A stretch of 62,000 bases of DNA from Octopus vulgaris. Taxonomy: Eukaryota. Where the stretch lies: contig OX597825.1 in assembly GCA_951406725.2 (NCBI GenBank), forward strand, positions 15,086,001 through 15,148,000, read 5' to 3'. This document shows, piece after piece, positions 1 to 12,640 of this stretch. The position numbers were made by a program, and so were the translations under genes. Each line of letters opens with the position of its first letter. Positions within the stretch are counted from its first letter, which is position 1. Under the pieces are notes generated by a model. The model did not search any database. It had not been told where the DNA came from and saw nothing but the letters and a program-made list of their open reading frames with translations.

Positions 1-1908
1 TATTTTAATAGTAAGAGCAGCAAGGTAGAGTCAAGAACAACATACGGATGTATCAATAGCGCATATAGACATACATATTCTTAATAGTGTAAATACGATT
101 TCCTCTTCTAGTTAGGCATACATCCACAAATATACACAAGGCGTACCCTAGCATGCAGCCCACAGTCAACTGTAGGTTCAGGATCGAACGTAAGATTCGG
201 AGTGTGGTGTAGTATAAATAATAACACACATGGGCTGCGTTTCACTACAGCTGTTTCACACATCCATTTTAATTGATGAACGAATAATTTACATCTTTAA
301 AAAAAAATCGTTTTCTTCAGCTGCATTAAATTTAGACTCCAAAATTTAATGTCACCAATAAAGTCACGATGAATTCATATACGTGTTCTCTTGCGCTTTA
401 CCTTGGATTTATTTCGCTTTGTTCCTGCCTTACACTCCAATTATATATATATATACATAAACAAACAAATGCCGAAAGTGCGCAGATACTTCCACTTCAT
501 ATATGTTGCAACCACGATAAAGAGAGTTTCAAAGACCACGATAAAAAGAGTTGCAAAGACGTCGAGCGCATAGATTGCGATGATATAAACATATTCATTT
601 GAAAAATCCCGACACCTAGAAGAAACCGGTTATGTAATGCTAGCCAGAAAGAATATTTAATATTGTTACACTTGTTTCTGTCGCTTCAATTTCTCATTAA
701 ATAATTGACATAATTCTCTTAACATTTTTTGTCTATTTTTATCCATTTTTGTTTATATAACACGACCTGTACAGAAATATTTAAATATTATACACTCTTT
801 ACATACACATGCATACCTTACATACATTACGCGCATGCATGCACATACACACTCACAGGCGTATATATATATATGTTGTATGAATGTATATATATATACA
901 CACACACAAGAGGAAGGAGGCAGAGGCAGAGAGACGGAAGCGGGGTCAAAAACACTGAGAGACTTTAACGCCGTATGATTTATTGGTTTTAGCCTCTGGA
1001 GATAACATACAGCTGGACCTGACCAACTTGAATAAATCTATGATCACAACATAATTTCATAAAGAGAATAAATCATGAACAATGGAGATTTGTCACTAAA
1101 TATGGAAAGATGATTGCATTCCACCACTTATAATTTATTTTCTCTAATATTTTGCCTGCCACAACTGATAAGATGGCAAGTAAGCTTGGAAACCGCTTTC
1201 TACTTTCATGGACGATCTTAACGTTTCTGACACTTATTACGGCCAGTTATTTATTATGAAAATCTATCACTACACAATTGAGATTGCTCATATTCGTATA
1301 GTAGTGTCATTTTATGAACCTAACTTTTACATGATATTACCAATCATTTTCTTGCTTCGAAGTCCACTGTCTTGAAAAATGAAAGATTTCGCCTTCTCTC
1401 GAAAGCTTCTAATTTCTTATGATATCAACAACATACAATTTTCGATGGTAAGAACAAAGATTCCAGAACATAGAGAGAAATCGTAATGATTGCTTTAGTC
1501 AGATAATAGGACACCTATCGTATTTACAGTAGATGTGGGGTCGTGTCCCAGGGATGGTTTCTGCCCAATAATGTTTTTGAACCCAATATGTACATGCTGT
1601 GAAGTTTAGCCTAGAGATTCACAGTTCCAAAAATAATTCTAAAGACTCCTGCTTTGTGTCAAACGGAAATGCAAACCGATATTCACGATATGCATCTAGG
1701 CAGTGTTGTGTTTAAATGCCACTCATAAATTCGTTGACCAACCTGAGGCTTCATCAAAACATATTAGCCAAAGGCTTTGCGTTGTGGAATCATGCTATAA
1801 AAATATTACTATTCAACTGCGAGATCAAACAGTTATGCCTTGTTTGCTTTGCATGTGAGTCAAGAAAATCAGCCTCAGAAGCAAGCCTGTGAAATGATAA
1901 AGCATTCG

Positions 1909-2254
1909 ATATTAGAGGAAGTTATGAATACCATTTCTTACGTTGGAATGTTAACCGAGATACCATGACTTCATCCGTTAATTATCTCTGAAAGTACAAA
2001 ACAGTATCGTGTACAGAGAAGGACGATGAATAACTTTTAATTAGGATTCTTAACTCGGCCAACTGTAATCCCATGGATTTACTTATGTGCGGGCAGCAGT
2101 TGAGAAAGACACCAACCGCTCTGGCTGCAACACCAGGGCAGAGTTGTTGACCATTTTCAAGGATGCGTTTTCTCAGGGACAAAGGGACATATACGCCAGG
2201 TTCCAGAGCCGGTTCGAGGGCGTGACAGAAGCTGAGAGCTGATATTTTCAATAA
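1909..2254 (+). pseudogene. Decayed Tc1/mariner-superfamily transposase, C-terminal part (maT/rosa-like)
   Basis: Manual + strand translation with a frameshift gives ILEEVM ... NSANCNPMD / YVRAAVEKDTNRSGCNTRAELLTIFKDAF ... RFQSRFEGVTEAES*YFQ*. This matches the SPD-x-NP-x-DY-x-W motif and the typical RLEAV-x-EAEGG-x-FE end. Confidence 0.75.
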
Positions 2255-4299
2255 ACTGCTATCTCAAAGCCATAATTTAGTTGATCATTTTTTAATGTTT
2301 AAAAAACCTTTCTTTTTAGACGGGATACTGTGCTTTGTTTCTCCTTTTTGCTCATTGAGAAATTTAGCCCAAACACGATGTCATAGATAGATAGCTGTGA
2401 ATAGAGTACATTAGACCCTACTACGAACATGAAATGTTCCTTTAAAATAATTTCAATGATCATTTCTGTTTTATCAACGGATTTATATAACGTTTGATGT
2501 CGATTTTGTCATGTATAATATATAACCTATCAAACTTTTCTACACACCGAACGTGTGGTTCTTACATTCGTACCCTTAATTACTAATGACTACATTACAC
2601 TTACAATAATTATTGTCTAGATTAATTTTTAAAACATATTTAAAATTTACGAATGTATAATATGATGTTGCCATTATTCTAGATGTGTTAAATCTATCAC
2701 TCCAGGAATATTTACATTGCTATATTTTGACCGTTTTGTTAAAATATGGAGCACTTACGTGAAAAATAATTGTATTTACACGTCACCAAACACAGCAGTA
2801 TATATAATATATGATGCTCATATGCACATACATACGTATTTCTATCTTACTGTCTGTCTTATGTATAGGTATAAATTTACGTATACATACATACATGCGA
2901 AAGAGAATGTCACCATTGAACGCACATATGAGTTTATATGTGACAACATATTCTTTTATGTATATCTTTATATCAATTATATTTATTGGCGTGCACTCTT
3001 GAAAGCAGATATACCATATGTACATAACAATAAAATTCAATTTTATCTCGACTTCAATTGATATTTTGTACTTGAAATTTCACACCGTTCACAAAAATAA
3101 AAATAAAAAAATTTTATTTGAAATACTTTGAATTTCGATAAGTATATTTCATATATAAATAAAGTGAAATGCACTTCTTTTATATTCAAATTGATCACGT
3201 TACCAACCGTCTCTCGGAAAAGTCTATTCTCTATGGAATACAGGGATTAAGAACATAATATACGGAATTGACCGCACTACGGGTATTTATAATTTCATGT
3301 GAGCTTACGAATAATGCAGTACTTAATGCTATTGTTGTTTATCAAATGATCAGACCTGACCTTTATTACGCTTGCTATAAAATTCTCTCTAGACAAGAAC
3401 ATTATATCAATACACGTGCACGCGCGTATATAGGGTGGCGGAGGGGAAAGTAGCCCGGGTTCTGCAGCAAAGTGTAAATACAGAGATAAATTTGCATATG
3501 CTGGAAAGGCCTTAGCTTCATAGATTTTGAAAATGGTTGCCTCTAGTATCACTACACAGCTGTTCATCTCAAAACATGTTTAGATACACTCGGTTTAAAA
3601 TAGTGGTATCAATTGCGCCGACAGCATGCGTGGTATCGTCCTTCATTCCTATATCATGTGCAAATAGTTCATTCGTAAACTGTTCTCTTCAAACGTTCTC
3701 AGAGGTATAAACTAAACGTTGAAAGGGAAGAAGGACGTGGTAGCCACGAAACTTTTTAATAACTGCGCTCCCCAAGAAAAAAACCCGATGGAACCGCTAC
3801 ATAGAAACAAGAGAAATTTAACAAACCGCTTTGTTCTTTTGCAAGAAATACACTTGTCTTTCATCTTCAGTGATGTGAGCACAAAATTGGTCTAAAATGT
3901 TCTTGCAGACCTCCTTGTTTAGAATTCTCTCAGGATATATCACTCCCATAATGCCTTTCCCTGAAACAGTTCACCGAACATGTATGTGTTTTTTTTTTTC
4001 TTGGAGTGGCTGCTCATACATAAGTTGAGTATTCTCCTCCGCCCAATGCCGTTTGTTTTACGAATTTATGTGGCCAGGATAATAAAACCATGCCTCACCA
4101 AACATTATATACTGGAATCGGTATAATCCACCATTAGCCATGCTATTAAGAAGACGTGTGAAATAATTCACTCGTTATATATATTTTTAGGCAGAATGGT
4201 ATACATATAAGATTCCAATACCTTATGAGTAAAATCTAATATATATATATATTCATATATGTACATTATTACGTCCGTATATATAAATATATACTGACT

Positions 4300-4446
4300 C
4301 TTTCACCACAACTTTCACTCACTTTTTCTTCCTGCATCTTGCAGCTCCCCTGCGATGGACCGACGTCCCGTCTAGGTGGGGAACCTGTACGCCAAGGAAA
4401 CGGAGAAACCGGCCCTTATGAACCAGTCGTTGCTCAAGAAGGAACA
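4300..4446 (+). mobile_element. SINE 3' fragment (shares the CTTTCACCACAACTTTC body with the OR-type SINEs; different tail)
   Basis: The same body motif occurs at ~57349 and, reverse-complemented, in the 44.0, 49.6 and 59.1 kb copies. The tail has CCTGCGATGGACCGACGTCCCGTC and ends GAACAAACAAC. Confidence 0.6.
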
Positions 4447-5594
4447 AACAACTGTTCCTTCGAAAGGATGAACAACAAAAATATAGATCTAGATCTCAGG
4501 TACTTATTTTATTGACCACAGGACAGTATGGCGTACATATATCGGCGGGCCTTGAAATTAGATACTGAAGGGACATAAATCAATACTGAATGTAATGGTT
4601 TTCAACGCTTAAACGATTCTGCCACTTCGTTTGACAATGTCGTTTATACTTACGTTCTATTCACTTCCTAAACCTATATTTGTATAAAAATATGCTTATT
4701 TTTTCATGCATTATTCAATATTATCTATTTTAATTCATAAGCAGAAATTCAGACTATATTTCGTTTGATATTCTCAGATATAACAGATAAGAATTAGATT
4801 TTCGAGACAGATGTGGGTTATTCATATCGACCCATGGTAAAATAAATTAACATTTTAGACGTGAATAATACATATAATACCAAAAGCTGCCTTATGGATT
4901 TTTCACACCAGCCTCTGTGTATTAAAATGTAAAATTATATCTACATTCCTGTCAAATCAACTAACAAATATATTAGATACGTATCTATCCGCATACATAA
5001 CTGTCCTATTTATTGCAAGATGGAACGCGTCCAGAACGTTATCGAAGTCAGCGACTAATGGAGTAAATAATGCGAACATTGAAAATATTTAACATAGATG
5101 TTTCCCGGTAGGCTGGTCATGCATCAGATTGTCCGCTCTCTTGGAACAAATTTCTCGTTGGACGTTTCAAGTAACCGGAAAGAAGTTAACTGAAATTCAA
5201 GTTGATGGAAAGAAAACTGAACAGATGGAAAGAAACGAAAGAAGACTGCTAGATCTCGTTGCGCTTCGATTGTTATAACCTTGTTTTCGGCTTACTTCGG
5301 GTAAAAATAGGCATATAAAAATATCTCTGATCACAGATATAGTCAATGGCTACAACTTCACAAACCCGAGAATTACAAATGATTATGATTCGTATTATAT
5401 CTCGACTTATTCATGTTATATTACTGTTTCGTTTCCTGCATTCTAGATGACATGTTAATAGTCAGGAATAACACAGTTTTAGAATGGTTATTACAGTAAG
5501 AAATAAAATGTATTCTTAGGATATAAAGTACATGGCTTACCATATGGAATGTCTAAATTTGTTTCACCACACATAGATATTTAGGTATATATAT

Positions 5595-6001
5595 ACTCTT
5601 TACTCTCTTTTACTTGTTTCAGTCATTTGACTGCGGCCATGCTGGAGCATCGCCTTTAGTCGAACAAATCGACCCCGGGACTTATTCTTTGTAAGCCCAG
5701 TACTTATTCTATCGGTCTCTTTTGCCGAACCGCTAAGTTACGGGGACATAAACACACCAGCATCGGTTGTCAAGCAATGCTAAAGGGACAAACACAGACA
5801 CACAAACACACACACATTCATATATATATATACATATATACGACAGGCTTCTTTCAGTTTCCGTCTACCAAATCCACTCACAAGGCACTGGTCGGCCCGT
5901 GGCTATAGCAGAAGACACTTGCCCAAGATGCCACGCAGTGGGACTGAATCCGGAACCATGTGGTTGGTTAGCAAGCTACTTAACACACAGCCACTCCTGC
6001 G

Positions 6002-6004
<3 letters not shown>
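5595..6004 (-). mobile_element. tRNA-derived SINE, ~410 bp family A (probably octopus OK family)
   Basis: Reverse complement of the copies at 21724 and 35322. Head AGGCGCAGGAGTGGCTGTGTG..., B box GGTTCCGGATTCAGTCC, internal (TA)/(TG) tract, GTAAAAGAG tail. Confidence 0.85.
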
Positions 6005-6051
<47 letters not shown>

Positions 6052-6969
6052 CGCACATAGTTACCTTCCACTGAGACACACTTAAAGATACAGATATACA
6101 TCCATTCATACTCGTGTGTGTACATGTGCGTATGTGTGTTTGTCTGTGTGTGAATGTGCGTGTGTGAGTGTGTCTGTGTATTTGTGAGAATGCATCGGGT
6201 ATATAATTTTAAGAAGTGTTTGTGTAAGTTCTTGTGGATAGAAATGAAGCTTTGTAGTTTTGTGGAATGAAACAAGTGTAATAAAACTGTTAGACGTTTC
6301 TTAAAGAGGAATTCAAAACCAAAAATTTTTGCCATTATTAATATATGGCATATTCGCCTGCCATTAGTGTACAAGTTATACGCATGATGTTTGTTACATT
6401 TTATGGCATGCTCATTGACTACAAAATTTACACTTAGTAAGGAACGTTATGTTTAAAGGGTTGAAAAAAAATCAGCTATGAAGGTAGCCATGTATCTTGA
6501 GGGGACGTGTAATGCGATACATAATAGCGATTGGTTGAATAACGAGAGAACCAAAACGAATTCTACGTGAATCACTCAAGTGACAGTAAGTTTGGAAGAT
6601 GAGAGATCATATGAAGTACCTCTCAGTGTTAATTTGACTTGAAAAATTGAGCTTCTCGTAAAGAAATATCGCAAAGTTTCCAGAGACTGCTCGTCGTGTA
6701 GCATGCTTCCTAATAACTCTATCCCATGTCTTACTGTGTAAGTTTCCCAGTTATATATATATTCGAGATAAAGTAATAAAGTGAATGCATATTGATAAAA
6801 TACACACACATATATATATGCGGTATCCATAAATGAAACTGAAGGAGATTTTTGAATAGACAGACAAACACATAAAATGTTATTAGGAAACAAAACCACT
6901 CCGACTTGGGCTCCCTTAGTTGCACGTTATGCATCTAGATGGTGTTCATGTATATATTAATAGTAATAG

Positions 6970-7010
<41 letters not shown>

Positions 7011-7014
<4 letters not shown>

Positions 7015-7355
7015 AAAAAAGGTTTGAAAATGCAATTTAAACGATGTTTATTTACTTAACCGGGTTCACTCTTTGGTAAAAGATTGTCAAAAGTAACATT
7101 AAAAGTAACATTGAATAATATGGGTTCAAAAAAGTTTTTTACATAATTGTCACATTGGATATTATGAATTCAAAAATGTTTTTTTATACAAAATTGTCAC
7201 ATTACATGTATAAATATACATAAATATACAATTTTGAACCCATATTATCCAATGTTATTTTTAATGTTACTTTTGACAATCTTTTCCAAAGAGTGAAACC
7301 GGTTAAGTAAATAAACATCGTTTAAATTGCATTTTCAAACCTTTTTCCTTATATA
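7011..7355. repeat. Inverted repeat with ~120-bp arms (7011-7131 / 7232-7355), ~100-bp spacer; decayed Penelope-like/HHR element
   Basis: Arms align by eye with few mismatches (GGTTTGAAAATGCAATTTAAACGATGTTTATTTACTTAACC vs GGTTAAGTAAATAAACATCGTTTAAATTGCATTTTCAAACC). The left flank is (TA)n. Confidence 0.9.
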
Positions 7356-7385
7356 ATCCCAATCGTGCGATACCCCACAACTCAA

Positions 7386-7435
<50 letters not shown>

Positions 7436-7488
7436 ATGGTCCCATCTGTCATTGTAAAGAGAACTTATAAACACTTTACATGGGTGTG

Positions 7489-7532
<44 letters not shown>

Positions 7533-7556
7533 TATATATATACACATGCGCACACT

Positions 7557-7627
<71 letters not shown>

Positions 7628-7887
7628 TGAGGGAGATAAATTAATATTAATTTTAATATCAATTTAAAACCAGTAGTTCAGCATTCAAAAAATCTGAGGA
7701 GTCAGAGAAAATTCAAATATATGTGTATATTGGCAGAGGCTGGCCTGCTAGGTAGCCGGCCATAATGCTAGAAGAAGATCATCAACGATCAAACTACAAG
7801 GGAAATTCTCTAGAGGAAGAATTCAGCGAACACCAGAACCAACTTTGGCGGGCAGGACATATGAAAAATTATATAAATAACAGACTT

Positions 7888-7965
7888 AAATGCATACCTC
7901 GGTTTCGGTCTTAACAAAAGAATTACTTGCATAATTCCAGTGTCCGTGACTTCATCAGTACATTC
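7888..7965 (-). ncRNA. Type I hammerhead ribozyme (unit 1)
   Basis: Minus strand: stem I GAATGTA/TGCATTT (7 bp, 2 G-U), core CTGATGA, long stem II (GTC/GAC, GACA/TGTT, GAATTAT-GCAA-GTAATTC), GAA, stem III ACC-GA-GGT, triplet GTA. Predicted cut between 7895 and 7894. The stem II closing pair is an A-C mismatch. Confidence 0.75.
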
Positions 7966-8433
7966 GGTCCTCGAGATGCAAACCGCAAGACTAACCCCAG
8001 CTCTCAGTGTCAAGACAGACACGTGCTTAGTCTTACTGATTACATCGGGAATAAAATTTCAAATGTCTTGGTTCTGGCGCGCTGAGAGACTCCTGAAGCG
8101 AAGGGCTGCAGTGAATAATTCACTGCGGGTAGTGCTTACAACTAGGGAACATATTTATTTAAATATGTAAAAATTGAGGGAGATAAATTAATATTAATTT
8201 TAATATCAATTTAAAACCAGTAGTCCAGCATTCAAAAAATCTGAGGAGTCAGAGAAAATTCAAATATATGTGTATATTGGCAGAGCTGGCCTGCTAGGTA
8301 GCCGGCCAGAATGCTAGAAGAAGATCATCAACGATCAAACTACAAGGGAAATTCTCTAGAGGAAGAATTAAGCGAACACCAGAACCAGCTTTGGCGGGCA
8401 GGACATATGAAAAATTATATAAATAACAGACTT

Positions 8434-8511
8434 AAATGCATACCTCGGTTTCGGTCTTAACAAAAGAATTACTTGCATAATTCCAGTGTCCGTGACTTCA
8501 TCAGTACATTC
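8434..8511 (-). ncRNA. Type I hammerhead ribozyme (unit 2)
   Basis: Same motif as unit 1. Predicted cut between 8441 and 8440, 546 nt from the first site. Confidence 0.75.
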
Positions 8512-8830
8512 GGTCCTCGAGATGCAAACCGCAAGACTAACCCCAGCTCTCAGTGTCGAGACAGTCACGTGCTTAGTCTTACTGATTACATCGGGAATAA
8601 AATTTCAAATGTCTTGGTTCTGGCGCACTGAGAGACTCCTGAAGCAAAGGGCTGCAGTGAATAATTCACTGCGGGTAGTGCTTACAACTAGGGAACGTAT
8701 TTATTTAAATATTTAAAAATTGAGGGAGATAAATTAATATTAATTTTAATATCAATTTAAAACCAGTAGTCCAGCATTCAAAAAATCTGAGGAGTCAGAG
8801 AAAATTCAAATATATGTGTATGTTGGGAGA

Positions 8831-9147
8831 TATTGGCAGGAGTCTCTCAGCGCGCCAGAACCAAGACATTTGAAATTTTATTCCCGATGTAATCAGTAAG
8901 ACTAAGCACGTGTCTGTCTCGACACAGAGAGCTGGGGTTAGTCTTGCGGTTTGCATCTCGAGGACCGAATGTACCGAGGTATGCATTTAAGTCTGTTATT
9001 TATATAATTTTTCATATGTCCTGCCCGCCAAAGTTGGTTCTGGTGTTCGCTGAATTCTTCCTCTAGAGAATTTCCCTTGTAGTTTGATCGTTGATGATCT
9101 TCTTCTAGCATCCTGGCCAGCTACCTAGCAGGCCAGCCCTGGCAATA
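8831..9147 (+). repeat. Inverted partial copy of the 546-bp unit with a 56-nt deletion of the HHR core
   Basis: Reverse complement of 7728-8095 / 8275-8641. It reads GAATGTAC|CGAGGTATGCATTT at 8967-8988, so TGATGA...GAAAC is missing. Ends TATTGGCAGG ... CCTGGCAATA. Confidence 0.9.
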
Positions 9148-9596
<449 letters not shown>

Positions 9597-9829
9597 TTTA
9601 TACACATAAGTTTTTCACTTTCAAATTTTTGTTCCTGTCGAATCTTATCCATTATTGTTGTGGATCTCTAATGCGCTGAATCTTCACCCTAGGTGTAGAT
9701 TCCTTGTGTATAATTAATATATAGTCTTTTTGACGATTTTTTTTTTCACGTTAGACCACTGGAAATGTAAATTTTGATTGAATATTTTAAATTTAATTAA
9801 ATTCCATTTCCCTTTCTGATATGATTAAG

Positions 9830-9893
<64 letters not shown>

Positions 9894-10194
9894 GCATACA
9901 TAACTATATAGATAGATAGATTAGATGTAATGAGAGAGAGGTGGGAATTGCGTGTGTGGGGGCATTTATGTAAGCACGTCGACATTCCCATGCCTATGCC
10001 AGGGTCTGATCACTAAATATCAGGATTGTTGCCTTAGTAGTGAATCTAAAGCATTCAGAGTAAAGCCGCTTGGCAAAGATTTACTGCACTAACTTTTAAT
10101 GTTTCGAGCTCACATCCGCCGTTTACAATAGTGCTTGGAATGAAACTGTGTAGCGTCTGATCATTTCATTAACCATGTCAGAGAATGTTGTCAT

Positions 10195-10585
10195 CATGAT
10201 ACCTGCTCAGAGGCCTACGCAAATTTGCAGAAAATCTATGGAGAGGAGTGCACGAGCCGCAGCCAAATGTACCAATGTTTCAAACATTTCCAAGATGGCC
10301 GAGAAATGTCGATATTGACAAACATTCTGCACGACACGCAACCAGCAGAACTGTGCGTGTAACCTTGAGGGGAAATCGTCGAATTACTACCCGTGTGTTA
10401 TCAGAGAATATGCAGATTAGTTACGGTTCAGTTCAGTCCATTACCATATCAATATGAGAGGTGTGTCTTCCAAGTTTGTGCCAAAACTGATTTCAGCTGA
10501 CCAGAAAAATACTAGGGTTTAAGTTGCAAAAAACCTCATTGATAGTGTCGAGAATCAGGAAAAAAAACTTTGAAAACATTACGTA
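10195..10585 (+). pseudogene. Mariner transposase N-terminal remnant
   Basis: Frameshifted reading SEAYANLQKIYGEECTSRSQMYQCFKHFQDG / ...RRITTRVLSENMQISYGSVQSI / ...SKFVPKLISADQK. This matches the mariner HTH region and the WVPxxL-type linker. Confidence 0.85.
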
Positions 10586-10823
10586 GGCTTCTGAGTAGCT
10601 ATTACGTAGCATTTGGCAAAATTAGATGTAGATTCTCTACTCAACTTCCTCCCTCATGGTCAATTGGATGATCACACGCTACAGGCGTTCCTTTGAAATA
10701 CTGCTGTGCTTAGCGGAAGAAAGTTAGAACGTTAAAACTCAGGACAAATGTACAGCGGCTCTACCCTGCATGCTTTAGCGTCGTTATTATGTCAACATTC
10801 CGGATACTTATTGATCAGCAATG

Positions 10824-10894
<71 letters not shown>

Positions 10895-11754
10895 GAGGTT
10901 GTAAGAGATGATGGTGTCATTGAGACCCAAGGGTGTCAGGTAATGCTGAATAAGTGCTATAGACAGACCATAGTTAAGTTCCAGATTCGGTAATATTGCG
11001 AATAAAGGGTTCAACGTTGGTTCTATATCAGCGTGTGTATATATGAATTTATATATGATTAATAATATTAATTAATAATGATATTATTAAATAATATTCT
11101 AGAATCAGCTGTAAGACCTTCTATCTATAAATGCTCTAATATCTATACAGCCTTGCTTTTTTTTCATCTCATTACACAAAAAAATTCATATATATATATA
11201 TATATACATATACTTATTACGTATCATCGAACCTTATTATGTTTCATTCCATTGAAACTACATTCATCTGACATAAAGATGGGATGTATATAGATTGAAC
11301 ACCTTTCATCATAGCGCTACTTGATCGGTGGTATCTGGAGGCTGTAATACTTCACGCTCTAAATTGGAACCGCGTCGAAATCTCGGTGTAGTTCTCTTAA
11401 AGTTACGACTCAGAAGTCAATAAAATATGTAACTGTCAAATATTGCTTTCTATATTTTCGACTTATGTCCGTGATACAAATCAATATTAACACGCAAGTT
11501 AAAGTGTCAGATTATATTTATTATTTCGAAGGTTATAGTGAAGAAACAATTTCTTCTATCTGTTATACGACTTTATGTCGCAATTGAAGAATGTTTGAGA
11601 GGAACGATTAATGAACAGTTGGAGAAGCATAAGATTTGCAACACGAACAATATGGAATTCGTTCGATATGCAAGAAATAGTATACAACAGATCTTACCCA
11701 AATCAAATCTGAACACTTCAAATGAATTGAATTGTAGATATAACATAATCAAAG

Positions 11755-11986
11755 GGCGGTGAGCTGGCAGAAACGTTAGCGCGTCGGGTGAAATACTTAG
11801 CGGTATTTCGTCGGCCGTTACGTTCTGAGTTCAAATTCTGCCGAGGTCGACTTTGCCTTTCATCCTTTCGGGGTCAATAAAATTAAGTACCAGTTACGCA
11901 CTGATGTAGATATAATCGACTTAATCTGTTTGTCTGTCCTTGTTTGTCCTCTCTCTGTTTAGCCCCCTGTGGGTAGGAAACAAATA
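11755..11986 (+). mobile_element. SINE family B with probable target-site duplication
   Basis: Homologous to 9326-9555. TAGATATAACATA occurs at 11735-11747 and 11991-12003. Confidence 0.85.
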
Positions 11987-12249
11987 GAAATAGATATAAC
12001 ATAGTGAAGTGAATTGACTCCACAGACATTAACCGAAATGAATCTATGAGACAGGCGTCCAAAGAACACTAGATGCGATCTGGCGTGCTTTTTGTGTCCT
12101 AGGAATATTACCAGTTTCTCGTTCAAAGTCCAATTATATATTATTTTGCAAGTGATGTTGTGCTATGTCGTTGAAAGACACCACATATGTGCAGCGCAAG
12201 ACACAGTCTTCATTGTTATAAATATGGGATACATATGTACTTACTTGTA

Positions 12250-12640
12250 ATTGTGGCGACATTCACCCTGGGCGGGTTGAGTTGGTTTCTTTCACCACCC
12301 TCGAGGCATCTCGAACCATGGCGGTGGAAGAAGTTTCGTGGGAATATGTAGATTTCACAAGCGGTCCCCTACAATCCCGCATGTAAAGATATCCTGTTTG
12401 CCGCAGATTGTCCGCAGACGCAGGTACAGAACGACCGAGGAGCCGCCGGTTGCCGAAACAGACACTCCGAGGATCTTCACCAGAACCCCTTCTGCCGGGT
12501 TGTGGCCCTAATACCACTCGGTGTCAGACCAATCCGCCTTGGGTGGCCCTACCAGGAACCGAAGTTCCCGACGGCATAGCTCTGACACTACTAGTTGCCA
12601 GCGTCCGTACCACGGTGAGGAGGGTATGGACTTTGGGATA
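12250..12640 (-). mobile_element. GC-rich retroelement fragment, possibly an RTE-clade LINE 5' region
   Basis: GC/CpG-rich island in AT-rich DNA. The minus strand has CCTGGTAGGGCCACCCAAGGCGGA, which resembles RTE/BovB 5' regions as I remember them. No coding motif recognised. Confidence 0.4.

Larger units (their letters stand above)
7624..8839 (-). mobile_element. Tandem array of ~546-bp non-coding units (about 2.2 copies), each full unit with a hammerhead ribozyme; retrozyme or Penelope-like pseudo-LTR array
   Basis: AAATTGAGGGAGATAAA recurs at 7624, 8171 and 8717. Units differ by only a few substitutions or indels. The array abuts (TA)n at 7490-7623. HHR folds at 7888-7965 and 8434-8511. 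Confidence 0.8.

Noticed and set aside
241-325. Minus-strand CTGAAGA ... GAAAC-AGCT-GTA
   Set aside because: The palindromic stem III is suggestive, but stem II does not pair and stem I has mismatches. At best a decayed relic.
6620-6733. 114-nt phase 1-1 exon candidate on the minus strand (RHGIELLGSMLHDEQSLETLRYFF...)
   Set aside because: Weak acceptor and donor, no homology recognised, no partner exons.
7693-7715. CTGAGGA...GAAA on the + strand of the tandem unit
   Set aside because: No stem II, stem III or stem I pairing.
8108-8146. Hairpin followed by CTAG as a Helitron 3' end in the 546-bp unit
   Set aside because: CTAG is followed by G rather than T or a new TC start, and the hammerhead explains the unit better.
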